A DNA stretch of 64,000 nt from a virus, in the IMG/VR virus record IMGVR_UViG_3300037882_001770, positions 203,033 to 267,032 of that record. One strand, 5' to 3'. The notes beneath the pieces were generated by a model. The model was given only the letters and a program-made list of their open reading frames with translations, made no database searches and was not told the DNA's origin. This document shows positions 9,900 through 18,506 of the stretch, piece after piece. The position numbers were made by a program, and so were the translations under genes. How positions within the stretch are numbered: position 1 is the stretch's first letter; each line of letters opens with the position of its first letter.

Positions 9900-10102
9900 A
9901 AAAATCTTACACTCTTGTCTCTAACTCTAAGGCAAAGAAGCCTTATGTTATTGGGCATTATGCCACGATGAAGGATGCTGAAAACGCACTTGAACTCTAT
10001 GAGCGTAAACGTGCCAACTCACTGGAACTACAGCGTAAGTATCCAGGACAGGGTATAGAAGAGTTATACTGTGATTTGAAAATTATCGGAGTTGAAGAAT
10101 GA
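9896..10102 (+). CDS. Small hypothetical protein
   Basis: ATGA coupling at both ends. Confidence 0.7.
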   Translation: MKKSYTLVSNSKAKKPYVIGHYATMKDAENALELYERKRANSLELQRKYPGQGIEELYCDLKIIGVEE

Positions 10103-10278
10103 ACTTTGGCTACATAATCGACCGGTTGCCCATCACCGTTGTGACTCTGATGTTGCTATCCGTTCCATTTTTTGTTTACGATTTTTTACAAGCAGACAAA
10201 GCGTGTACTCAAGCAGGCGGGGTGTTGGTTAAATCCGCAGGCGGATGGATTTGTATTCGAGCGGAGGCAAAACAATGA
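10099..10278 (+). CDS. Small membrane protein, 59 aa (not in ORF track)
   Basis: MNFGYIIDRLPITVVTLMLL...CTQAGGVLVKSAGGWIC; fills the gap exactly with ATGA overlaps. Confidence 0.7.
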   Translation: MNFGYIIDRLPITVVTLMLLSVPFFVYDFLQADKACTQAGGVLVKSAGGWICIRAEAKQ

Positions 10279-10487
10279 ACGAGCGGATTCGACAACTTGC
10301 TGAACAATGTCGTTGGCAAGAAACTGTCACGGAAGATGGTGAAGAATGGATCCACGCACACTTTGATGAAGCCAAGTTCGCCCAGTTGATTGTTCAGGAA
10401 TGTGCTGGCCTTGTAGATCATGTGCGTATGGAAGATGGAACAAACAGAGGCGATTTTATTCGCAAACATTTTGGAGTTGAACAATGA
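10275..10487 (+). CDS. MNERI family protein, copy 2
   Basis: First 32 nt identical to the 9250 gene. Confidence 0.8.
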   Translation: MNERIRQLAEQCRWQETVTEDGEEWIHAHFDEAKFAQLIVQECAGLVDHVRMEDGTNRGDFIRKHFGVEQ

Positions 10488-10855
10488 GTGAATACACACC
10501 AGACCGTTGGCTTGTTATACGAATTACCACACCCACGGAACAACTTTATAAAGTGTTTGCGGCCTGGTCCGGCGGCTACACAGGATCAGATTCATGGAAG
10601 ATGAATTCGGGCATTGTGCGTGCTACCTGGGCGGATCCTTACTGGGAGTTTGATGGGTCATCTGGATCAGTATATCAGTGTCACTGGGATGGGTATGGCA
10701 CCAATGGCTATGGTGGAGCGGTCTTGGACAACCTGATCAGTCAGGCTCAAGCTCAAGGCATTCAGATTGAAGTCATGGATGGAGAAACTGACTGGGCACA
10801 ACTACAGTATGATCCCTTGGCACAGTGGGTAGAGTCAGGAGCAAACAATGCTTAA
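10484..10855 (+). CDS. Conserved T4-like hypothetical protein
   Basis: YTPDRW...YKVFAAWSGGY.GSDSWKMNSGI...GSSGSVYQC. Confidence 0.75.
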   Translation: MSEYTPDRWLVIRITTPTEQLYKVFAAWSGGYTGSDSWKMNSGIVRATWADPYWEFDGSSGSVYQCHWDGYGTNGYGGAVLDNLISQAQAQGIQIEVMDGETDWAQLQYDPLAQWVESGANNA

Positions 10856-11033
10856 ATGGTTGCGTTATAGTGGTGCCAGTCTGGTAATAACAGTTAATCC
10901 ACTACACTGGCGTTGGGTTCCACAAGCAGGACAGGTATTTACAACCGAGTGGGCCACGCCCAATGAACAGACCTGGCAGGCAAGTTGGTTATTTTTGACT
11001 GTGAGAATTTGGATCGATGACGGGAGTTGGTAA
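10848..11033 (+). CDS. Small hypothetical protein
   Basis: Coupled ORF with RBS. Confidence 0.65.
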   Translation: MLKWLRYSGASLVITVNPLHWRWVPQAGQVFTTEWATPNEQTWQASWLFLTVRIWIDDGSW

Positions 11034-11236
11034 TGGCAGAAATAGCACTGAATCGCAGACAGTTGGAAAAACTGTTTGAAATAACCCGGCACTTTCACGA
11101 GGTGGAATGGTTTACTGTGGAGACTGATGACACCAGCGGCATTGGCACCGGAATTGTGGTCAAGTTCAACGCATTTGGCGACACGGATAAAGACACCGAC
11201 ACTACTGTGAACATAACTGATGTGAGTACTTGGTAA
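11033..11236 (+). CDS. Small hypothetical protein
   Basis: Coupled ORF ending ITDVSTW. Confidence 0.7.
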   Translation: MAEIALNRRQLEKLFEITRHFHEVEWFTVETDDTSGIGTGIVVKFNAFGDTDKDTDTTVNITDVSTW

Positions 11237-11460
11237 TGAAGATTGAATCTGCAGACGGACAAGAAGGCATACTAATCTGGTGTGGCGGCGACCGCTATGT
11301 GTTTAGAGTCTACACTGCACCACCAGAAGAATTTGTGGATTATGACATCTGCCACACAGACATGCGTGTGGTAATTCGAGATTTTGATGCATATTTTTAC
11401 ACAGATGACAATGGAGCCCGTGTGGATCATAGTCCTGTTACCTTAGGGATTAATCTGTAA
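11236..11460 (+). CDS. Small hypothetical protein
   Basis: TAATG coupling. Confidence 0.65.
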   Translation: MKIESADGQEGILIWCGGDRYVFRVYTAPPEEFVDYDICHTDMRVVIRDFDAYFYTDDNGARVDHSPVTLGINL

Positions 11461-11837
11461 TGGGCATGTTTGATCATGTTCTCTACCAAGGTCGTGAGTA
11501 TCAGACCAAGGATACACCTGAGCAGATGTTGGACAATTATAAAATTGAACAGGATGCAGAATCGGGTGAGTGGCATCTGTGGCATGAAGAATACGACGCT
11601 GAATGGATTCAGGATGATGGCCAACTGTTTGGTGGCAGCATCAAGCAGAGCAATCATCGTTGGGTGCTCTGTACAGACTTTGATGGTGAAATACGTTTTT
11701 ACTATTATCGTAGCCATGAGGATCAGGAAGAATACCGAGCCCTGTTTATGGACGGACGCATGTTAAAAATACGTTTGACCAGTGAACCACTCACTGACTG
11801 GTTGGTCAAGGGCATGGAAGAACGAGGAATTAAATGA
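11460..11837 (+). CDS. Hypothetical phage protein
   Basis: MGMFD...YQTKD motif. Confidence 0.75.
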   Translation: MGMFDHVLYQGREYQTKDTPEQMLDNYKIEQDAESGEWHLWHEEYDAEWIQDDGQLFGGSIKQSNHRWVLCTDFDGEIRFYYYRSHEDQEEYRALFMDGRMLKIRLTSEPLTDWLVKGMEERGIK

Positions 11838-12031
11838 AACAGTGGATTGGTCGTGTGGTCAGCGAAGTGCTATTTTATCTAGGACATTGGATACATTTTC
11901 CAATGATTTGGTTTGATTGGGCTTGGATGCATCGCCCCTACAGTTATTTAATGACCTGGAGTCATGACGTGCAAGTCTGGGCCGGAACCGACGGCCCCTG
12001 GGGTCCTGATACAACAAAGGATGTAGAATGA
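11834..12031 (+). CDS. Small hypothetical protein
   Basis: Coupled ORF. Confidence 0.65.
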   Translation: MKQWIGRVVSEVLFYLGHWIHFPMIWFDWAWMHRPYSYLMTWSHDVQVWAGTDGPWGPDTTKDVE

Positions 12032-12240
12032 AGTGGTTACACGTGCGACGCCAAGAAGGCGAATGGTTAAACTATGGATTAACCTTTTATCCGCTATCCG
12101 ACAAGCATAGCATTGGGTTTATGTTTAGAACCGAAGAGCGATATTTTAGACTACGCTACAGCAAAAAGGTTAGGAAATGGTTTTGGCAATATGTGCGTCT
12201 AGAACCAAAAGCATGGCGTATATTGAAAGGTGAAGAATGA
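12028..12240 (+). CDS. Small hypothetical protein
   Basis: Coupled ORF. Confidence 0.65.
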   Translation: MKWLHVRRQEGEWLNYGLTFYPLSDKHSIGFMFRTEERYFRLRYSKKVRKWFWQYVRLEPKAWRILKGEE

Positions 12241-12467
12241 ACACTCGAATACAAAAACTAATGGATCGAAGCTTTACCGACGAACAGGGTGAACGATTCG
12301 ATCCCGAACGATTTGCCAAATTGATTGTGCAGGAATGTGCTATTTTTGGTATGGTCATAACCGATGATCACTTTGATGTCGATGCTTTATACAAGCATTT
12401 TGGCATGGACAACAATCCGTTACCAGGTCGGTCTACCTATCCTGGCCCACAATGTTCGCCCCCATAA
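12237..12467 (+). CDS. MNERI family protein, copy 3 (diverged)
   Basis: MNTRIQKL...ERFAKLIVQECA...KHFG. Confidence 0.75.
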   Translation: MNTRIQKLMDRSFTDEQGERFDPERFAKLIVQECAIFGMVITDDHFDVDALYKHFGMDNNPLPGRSTYPGPQCSPP

Positions 12468-12482
12468 TCCAAGGAAAATAAA

Positions 12483-12587
12483 ATGGAAATTACTCAACTC
12501 ACTCTAGGCATTGTAACCTTCACTGTAGCTATTGTTACTCTGCTTGTTATTATTATTTTTAGCCGTTGGCCCAACCGAAAGGACTGA
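12483..12587 (+). CDS. 34-aa single-TM peptide (not in ORF track)
   Basis: AAGGA RBS; MEITQLTLGIVTFTVAIVTLLVIIIFSRWPNRKD*. Confidence 0.55.
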   Translation: MEITQLTLGIVTFTVAIVTLLVIIIFSRWPNRKD

Positions 12588-12588
12588 C

Positions 12589-12975
12589 ATGTTTACTATA
12601 TTCAAATTCTTCTGGTCATTGTCCCAGTCATCATGGGATATCATGAATCCTAATCATAATCCTCTGCGTCTTGCTCCGCCACACATCAAATACTTTGCCT
12701 CAATCTTGTTAGGTTGTTTTTGGAGTCTGGCATTTGGTATCTATGCTGGTGAACTCTACTATATCGGCTACAACATGTTTGGACACATTGCTGTCATCAG
12801 CATGGTGTTTGTGACCTGGCTAGTGTTCGCTCAGTTTAAGAAAACATATGGATCTGGTTCATATCCACTTATGCGTGCTCCAGATCGCTCCAGTCGCTGT
12901 GATGAACTCACTGACGAACAGCGACAACAAGCTGTTGCTCGTGCTGATCAACTGCTGTTGACAAATAAAAATTAA
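12589..12975 (+). CDS. Membrane protein, unknown function
   Basis: AAGGA RBS; two TM helices after WDIMNPNHNPLR. Confidence 0.7.
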   Translation: MFTIFKFFWSLSQSSWDIMNPNHNPLRLAPPHIKYFASILLGCFWSLAFGIYAGELYYIGYNMFGHIAVISMVFVTWLVFAQFKKTYGSGSYPLMRAPDRSSRCDELTDEQRQQAVARADQLLLTNKN

Positions 12976-12992
12976 TTCTTAAGGAAAACAAA

Positions 12993-13466
12993 ATGTTTAG
13001 AAAATTTAACAACATGCGTAATTATTGGAACAGCCTGCCAGATCTGGCTTTGGCTCACTTCTTACTGAGAATCCCCCTGGCCGTGGTGTTCATCACACAA
13101 GGCATCAGCAAGTTGCCGTTTGATCCAACAGGTGGTGAAGCATTTGGACTCATACCCCTGGTCTGGTGGGTGGTAGTCTACGGTGAAATTGCAGCCGGTA
13201 TTGGTTTGTTAGTAGGCGGCCTGGCCACCCTGCCCAGAATACAGGACATACCCCTGGTGGCCGAACTGGGCGACATGCTTACTCGATTCTGCGGTATCAC
13301 CATGTGCTGTGTGGTCACAGGTGTGATCTGGGTAGTGAGCAAGCCCGAAAGTCTTTGGGCATTTGTGCTGTATGATAACCTGCACTTGTTTTTATGGGTA
13401 GGTGGTCTTTATTTTGCTCTAAGAGGCAACTGGGCTGTGGCTGTGAAAAAGACACTGGGCAGTTGA
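12993..13466 (+). CDS. DoxX-family membrane protein
   Basis: LLRIPLAVVFITQGISK...GEIAAGIGLLVG pattern, about 4 TM helices. Confidence 0.75.
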   Translation: MFRKFNNMRNYWNSLPDLALAHFLLRIPLAVVFITQGISKLPFDPTGGEAFGLIPLVWWVVVYGEIAAGIGLLVGGLATLPRIQDIPLVAELGDMLTRFCGITMCCVVTGVIWVVSKPESLWAFVLYDNLHLFLWVGGLYFALRGNWAVAVKKTLGS

Positions 13467-13491
13467 CCACTATATTGTAAAGTGTTATAAT
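13463..13491 (+). promoter_or_regulatory. sigma70-type early promoter
   Basis: TTGACC-N17-TATAAT. Confidence 0.85.
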
Positions 13492-13518
13492 GTTGCATAA
13501 TCAAAGGATCCGCCCTAC

Positions 13519-14244
13519 ATGAAAATCTATAAATCTTGCTACAGAAATCATTGGATTTCTCCCTACACCATCATTGACTATGTGTTCTTTTGGACTGACT
13601 GGAGCCGGTGTAGTCGTAACAGCACTTTACAAACAGCTATCGACGAGGCCGAAGGCAAATACAAGTACATAGAACATCCTGAGTGGGTGGACCGCTGGGC
13701 TGATCGATTGAGTCCCATCAGCCGTGCCCTACAGTGGTTTTTAGATCTTGTTCACCCGCAGATCAAGTATGTGAAAATTGATCCATGGGATACCTGGAGC
13801 ATGGATCATACCTTAGCCGACATTATCCTGCCCATGCTGAAACAGTTGCAGGCAACCAAGCATGGTAGCCCCAACACCGATGACGAGGACGTGCCCGAAT
13901 ACCTACGCAGTCACATGGCACAGCCCAAAGAAAACGAGTGGGATACCGACAGCCTACACCATATGCGTTGGGACTGGATCTTGGCCGAAATGATCTTTGC
14001 CTTTGAGAAAAAAGCACAGGATGACTGGCAAGCTGAGTTCCACTCGGGCAAGATTGACTGGGTCCATGTGCCGGTAGATGCCAAAGGTAACGAAGTACCC
14101 AAAGGCGAACACCGTTTTTACCAAATGAAAGACGGTCCCAACCATACTCATGTGTATGATGCCGAAGGTGCCCAACGGGTGCAAGAACGCATCTCAAACG
14201 GCTTCCGCCTGTTTGGCAAATACTATGAAAATCTCTGGGACTAA
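13519..14244 (+). CDS. Conserved myovirus hypothetical protein
   Basis: DTWSMDHTLA.II.PML...GFRLFGKYYENLWD. Confidence 0.8.
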   Translation: MKIYKSCYRNHWISPYTIIDYVFFWTDWSRCSRNSTLQTAIDEAEGKYKYIEHPEWVDRWADRLSPISRALQWFLDLVHPQIKYVKIDPWDTWSMDHTLADIILPMLKQLQATKHGSPNTDDEDVPEYLRSHMAQPKENEWDTDSLHHMRWDWILAEMIFAFEKKAQDDWQAEFHSGKIDWVHVPVDAKGNEVPKGEHRFYQMKDGPNHTHVYDAEGAQRVQERISNGFRLFGKYYENLWD

Positions 14245-14245
14245 C

Positions 14246-14425
14246 ATGGATATCATAGTGGTTCCAGGCAACAACAAGAGTCATGATAGATTCAATGATC
14301 AATTTGCCTGGTGTGAAAAAACCTTTGGCCAGTTTAGAGATCAGTGGAACTACGATATTGTAAAAGATGTCTACGGGTTTCGTTACGAATCAGATGCAGT
14401 TTTGTTCAAGTTAAAATGGGAGTAA
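14246..14425 (+). CDS. Small protein of F.xE.DA..F.LKW family
   Basis: WCEKTFG...FRYESDAVLFKLKW. Confidence 0.65.
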   Translation: MDIIVVPGNNKSHDRFNDQFAWCEKTFGQFRDQWNYDIVKDVYGFRYESDAVLFKLKWE

Positions 14426-14428
14426 AAT

Positions 14429-15181
14429 ATGTCTAGCACATTAATACCTACAAGAATTTATAACACCAACACTGTTTTTGAGGTCGATGATGATTTTGAT
14501 ATATTACTAGAAGAAAAAACAGACCGAGCATTAAAAAAAGAAATACCTGACGCTGTTTTTAAAGATGATCCGGTGGCTCTCAGCATTACCAGCTACCTGA
14601 TCTGGATTAAAAATCCGCATCGTCGTTGGGTCACTATAGATGAAGTAGGCCAGGTTGTGCCCGAAGCTAGGGCAATGGCACACGAGTTACGCCAATATTT
14701 TCTACATCGCGGCACAATGAAAGTGCTACAAGGCCAGACTCCTACTGAATTTCAGTACAAGATGAATGCTTTCTTGAGTGATATTCGCCCACTCAAAACA
14801 GATGAACTGGGTTTGTTGTATCGCTTGCCTTACTTCTGGCAAGAGGACATGGCTCTGGATCGGGTATTTGAAGGAGCTACCGACATTACAGTTGATCACG
14901 AACCTCAGTTGCGTCACATCACAATGATAGCTCCGTTGACACCTATTCGTGAAGTGTTGAAGAGTCGTCGTAGTGGCGACATGGTTCAGTTTTGGTTTGC
15001 TAATACTGAAGGTCAACGATGTGTGTACACAGTTCGCAGTGACAACAGTCTAATCTCTGTGTTTAGAAGCCTGTACAAGCAGGAGAAACTACAGATAAAA
15101 GCTCAGGCATCGTGGCACCAATTGCCTGGCAGTCATATTAGAACTCGATTCTGGAAACTGTCAGCTTTAGAACTAGCATAA
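14429..15181 (+). CDS. Hypothetical protein
   Basis: 250-aa ORF in operon. Confidence 0.75.
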   Translation: MSSTLIPTRIYNTNTVFEVDDDFDILLEEKTDRALKKEIPDAVFKDDPVALSITSYLIWIKNPHRRWVTIDEVGQVVPEARAMAHELRQYFLHRGTMKVLQGQTPTEFQYKMNAFLSDIRPLKTDELGLLYRLPYFWQEDMALDRVFEGATDITVDHEPQLRHITMIAPLTPIREVLKSRRSGDMVQFWFANTEGQRCVYTVRSDNSLISVFRSLYKQEKLQIKAQASWHQLPGSHIRTRFWKLSALELA

Positions 15182-15711
15182 TGGGACTAACCTTGCCACC
15201 AGACGATCCTCGCAACCCCAAGAAGAAAAAATCAAATCTTGCGGATGGTCGAACCAGTGCCGACATGGATGTAGGCGGCAATCTAGTTGAATTTATCAAC
15301 CGCAATGTCACACCATATCCCACCGAAGTTGGTGGTCCTGCGTTTGATCTGATTCCGGTTGAGAAGCAAAAAGACATCATGGTCAATGTTGCCCGTATGC
15401 ACGGCCATCAAGAATATCGTCGTATCATGGAACTGGTTAGTGTACTGCAGCGACAAGCTGACGAAGTTCGTCAGCGTCTGGAAATTACCGATCTGGTACA
15501 CGCAGCCAAGTACAGCTTTCAAATTTACCATGGTCAGTGCTATTGGTTAGCACGTGATCTAGCCCGTGGCGGAACCTTGTTGACCCAAACCGGTCCGACC
15601 GAATGGACCACCACTCCACCTGACTACTACGAATACATCTGCAGAGTAAAATGGCTGGGTGATTATACCTGGATTGAAGTTGACCTAAATGGAGAAAGTG
15701 TGTTAAAATAG
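15181..15711 (+). CDS. DUF2452-like protein
   Basis: PYPTEVGGPAF...AAKYSFQIYHGQCYWL pattern. Confidence 0.6.
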   Translation: MGLTLPPDDPRNPKKKKSNLADGRTSADMDVGGNLVEFINRNVTPYPTEVGGPAFDLIPVEKQKDIMVNVARMHGHQEYRRIMELVSVLQRQADEVRQRLEITDLVHAAKYSFQIYHGQCYWLARDLARGGTLLTQTGPTEWTTTPPDYYEYICRVKWLGDYTWIEVDLNGESVLK

Positions 15712-15714
15712 TAT

Positions 15715-15960
15715 ATGGATAAAGTATTTGAAGATATTGTAGCTTGGGCTGACAGAAGTGGACAGATTCGCACACCCATCGGTCTTGAAGAATTTGATCT
15801 ATGGCGACACGATTATATCTGGGAAGCCTTGCATGGTCAACGCTATGGCCAGAGTTTTTGCAACAGGTTTGGCATAACCGACAACCTACTATATTATACA
15901 ACCTGGCCTGCTGAACAGGTTGATGATTACATACGGAAACACTACATTGAGAGAACCTAA
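15715..15960 (+). CDS. Hypothetical protein
   Basis: GQRYGQSFCNRF motif. Confidence 0.7.
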   Translation: MDKVFEDIVAWADRSGQIRTPIGLEEFDLWRHDYIWEALHGQRYGQSFCNRFGITDNLLYYTTWPAEQVDDYIRKHYIERT

Positions 15961-16168
15961 GTTTCTATATCATTGCACAATACCCTGGATTGATCAAACC
16001 AATCCTATGTATTATTGGGACACATTGTGTGCCAATGCTATAGAATTATTTGGACTTCCGGGAGATAGGTACATAACCGATATAAGCGAGCACTCAATGA
16101 CCTGGAGTTTTTGCAACCAACATGACGCATTACTTTTTAAATTAAAATTTGGGGAAACATGTCAGTAA
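15947..16168 (+). CDS. Small protein of F.xx.DA..F.LK family (start uncertain)
   Basis: FGLPGDRY...FCNQHDALLFKLKF. Confidence 0.6.
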   Translation: MREPKFLYHCTIPWIDQTNPMYYWDTLCANAIELFGLPGDRYITDISEHSMTWSFCNQHDALLFKLKFGETCQ

Positions 16169-16791
16169 ACGACGAAATCATTCGTGTAACTCCAATACCA
16201 GAATATTTCAACATCACATGGATGCTAGGATCTAGATGCAACTACGATTGTATGTATTGTCCGGCCGAATTGCACGATGCTACAAGTCGGCCACACGATT
16301 TAGAAACCATGCAAAAGGCGTGGATAAACATACACTCTAAAACAACTAATAAAAACTTGCCTTACAAAATTAGTTTCACTGGCGGTGAAGTAACTGCCAA
16401 TAAAAACTTTTTATCATTGGTTGGGTGGTTAAAATCCAACTACTCTGAAATTGGAATGATATTAACGACCACTAACGGCAGCGCCAGTAAACGTTATTAC
16501 GAACAGTTGAGTCAATCAATTGATTCGATCAGCTTTAGCACTCACAGTGAGTTTATGAACGAAGCAGAATTTTTTGACAAGGTGTTGGCAACAGATCGGT
16601 TGATGCTACGTCCAGAAAAAAGTGTTCATGTTAACATCATGGACGAATATTGGAATCAGTCACGCATACAAATATACAAAGAATTCTTAGAAAAACACAG
16701 TATCAGTTATAGCATAAACACAATCGATTACACTAGTAAAATTAGAGAAAACATTTTGAATAACGGAGTACAAAATCTTGTCGTCACTTGA
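16159..16791 (+). CDS. Radical SAM protein (core domain only)
   Basis: CNYDCMYC (CxxxCxxC), FTGGE, TTNGS. Confidence 0.9.
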   Translation: MSVNDEIIRVTPIPEYFNITWMLGSRCNYDCMYCPAELHDATSRPHDLETMQKAWINIHSKTTNKNLPYKISFTGGEVTANKNFLSLVGWLKSNYSEIGMILTTTNGSASKRYYEQLSQSIDSISFSTHSEFMNEAEFFDKVLATDRLMLRPEKSVHVNIMDEYWNQSRIQIYKEFLEKHSISYSINTIDYTSKIRENILNNGVQNLVVT

Positions 16792-17083
16792 AAATCATAT
16801 CAACTACAACTGCGAGGTCGAAACCGTTCAGGGAAAAACATATCAAATATATGCCAACTGGCTACACAACCATGGCCTTGACCACTGGCAGGGCTGGCAC
16901 TGTTCGGCCGGCAACACACGCTTATATATTGATAAAGATCTAGTGGTGCACAGTGGAATGTGTCTGAACGATACCCTTGGCTCTGCGCTAGACGGGTTTG
17001 ATCTATTAGAACACGCTATATGTCGGCAATCTACTTGTACTGGATGTACCGATGATCTGGTCATTTCTAAACATAAATTATGA
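16778..17083 (+). CDS. Stand-alone Cys-rich SPASM/twitch-like partner of radical SAM
   Basis: WHCSAG...GMCLND...ICRQSTCTGCTDD; GGAG RBS before TTG. Confidence 0.65.
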   Translation: MSSLENHINYNCEVETVQGKTYQIYANWLHNHGLDHWQGWHCSAGNTRLYIDKDLVVHSGMCLNDTLGSALDGFDLLEHAICRQSTCTGCTDDLVISKHKL

Positions 17084-17487
17084 ATACTAATTTTTATTTT
17101 GCTTACGGTGCCAATATGCATCCAGGACATATGCAATTTCGTTGCCCAGCGGCTCAAGCGGTAGGCGCATTCACATTGAGAAAGTGGGAACTTAAATTTT
17201 ATAGTCATGCTACAATTGAACCTAATCCTCAAGCTACGGTTGCTGGGGTTTTATGGAAAATCACCAACGACTGCGAGTCAAGCCTTGATATGTTTGAGGG
17301 ATACCCCAGTTATTATACCAAACGTACTTGGATACAAGACGAAACTCAGTTTTTCTTTTATGAGATGACCGCACCTAAGTCGGGTAGGCCCAGTGAAGGT
17401 TATGTGCTAGACATTGCAGAAAGTTATAAGTTCTGGCAATTACCTCAAAATTTATTAATTGAATCTTTGCATGACACTATTGCGTAG
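17080..17487 (+). CDS. Gamma-glutamyl cyclotransferase-like protein
   Basis: YFAYGANM...LDMFEGYPSYY...PSEGY. Confidence 0.8.
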   Translation: MNTNFYFAYGANMHPGHMQFRCPAAQAVGAFTLRKWELKFYSHATIEPNPQATVAGVLWKITNDCESSLDMFEGYPSYYTKRTWIQDETQFFFYEMTAPKSGRPSEGYVLDIAESYKFWQLPQNLLIESLHDTIA

Positions 17488-17734
17488 AGAAACAGGACCA
17501 TTATTAAAAAGTCCCATGGACTACATGCGTGATAAGGACAGTTTTCGTCATGCACAAGAAATTGCCAAACCGTTTGGTGTGCTAGAACAGGTATTAGATT
17601 GGTGCAAAGAAGAACTAGTTGGCGAATGGCGCTGGCAGTTAATTGAAGTTAGTAGCGATCGTAAACCAGGCCGTTATTGTTTTTTCTTTGATTCGGAACG
17701 CGATTGCCTGGCATTTACAATGAAATGGTCTTAG
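17471..17734 (+). CDS. Small protein of F.xE.D...F.MKW family
   Basis: LDWCKEEL...FFDSERDCLAFTMKW. Confidence 0.65.
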   Translation: MTLLRRETGPLLKSPMDYMRDKDSFRHAQEIAKPFGVLEQVLDWCKEELVGEWRWQLIEVSSDRKPGRYCFFFDSERDCLAFTMKWS

Positions 17735-17735
17735 G

Positions 17736-17764
17736 TTGACCAACAATATTCTTTTTAGTATAAT
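17736..17764 (+). promoter_or_regulatory. sigma70-type early promoter
   Basis: TTGACC-N17-TATAAT. Confidence 0.85.
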
Positions 17765-17794
17765 AGCAGTATAGTAATTAATTGTGAGATTCTG

Positions 17795-18148
17795 ATGAAA
17801 AACTATCGTTTTTTTGGTGACGAAGCAGAGGTGCTTGGTAATCGTTTAGATCAAGCCCGTGAGCGTTTAGCCAACTCAAAAACTGCTTGGTCAAAAAATT
17901 ATTGGTTACAGACTCTAGAACGATTGCTGTTACAATGGCGGCACCTTCCTATACTACATGATAGTGACGCCCTGGTAACTATTATTCCGCGGTGGACCGT
18001 GAGTTATGATTTTTATGAAAAAGGCAACGACGTTGGATACAATGGCATTACTGATCGAGCTTACAACAAGGTATTCAGAGACAATGTGGATCTAGATGCC
18101 AGTTGGGAAAATCATCGAGCACAACGACTGGCCCGGGCACAATTCTAA
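17795..18148 (+). CDS. Hypothetical protein
   Basis: ORF after promoter. Confidence 0.7.
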   Translation: MKNYRFFGDEAEVLGNRLDQARERLANSKTAWSKNYWLQTLERLLLQWRHLPILHDSDALVTIIPRWTVSYDFYEKGNDVGYNGITDRAYNKVFRDNVDLDASWENHRAQRLARAQF

Positions 18149-18315
18149 TGGCAATAGTTTATACAGACGGCCGTTCCAGATTCTTTTATGTAGTAGAACG
18201 CTATAAGATTGATCAAACAGACTGGATACGTTATACTAATTCTGTTGGTGAAGAATTTGCTTGCCTAGAAGAAGCATTTAATTTTAGATTTCAACCAGTG
18301 GAGAATGAATCATGA
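18148..18315 (+). CDS. Small hypothetical protein
   Basis: TAATG coupling. Confidence 0.6.
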   Translation: MAIVYTDGRSRFFYVVERYKIDQTDWIRYTNSVGEEFACLEEAFNFRFQPVENES

Positions 18316-18506
18316 TGAGCGAAGATCGTTTGATGGTAGCAGAAGCAGTGTTGGCAGGCCAGATTCCGGAGTATCATTTGACCCAAGATGAAATTGACGA
18401 ACTGTTTGAAATTGCATGCGATGCTGCAACTGACAAATTGATGTACGAAGCCGAACAGCGTGGTTGTTCAGTATTCGACGGAGTTGAAGGCGATACAGTG
18501 CAATGA
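18312..18506 (+). CDS. Small acidic hypothetical protein
   Basis: Coupled ORF with GGAG RBS. Confidence 0.65.
   Translation: MMSEDRLMVAEAVLAGQIPEYHLTQDEIDELFEIACDAATDKLMYEAEQRGCSVFDGVEGDTVQ

Noticed and set aside
17080..17487. GGCT-like gene as partner of the amidoligase domain in the 59186 protein
   Set aside because: Such genes are linked in known operons, but here they are 42 kb apart and in different expression classes, so no link is supported.
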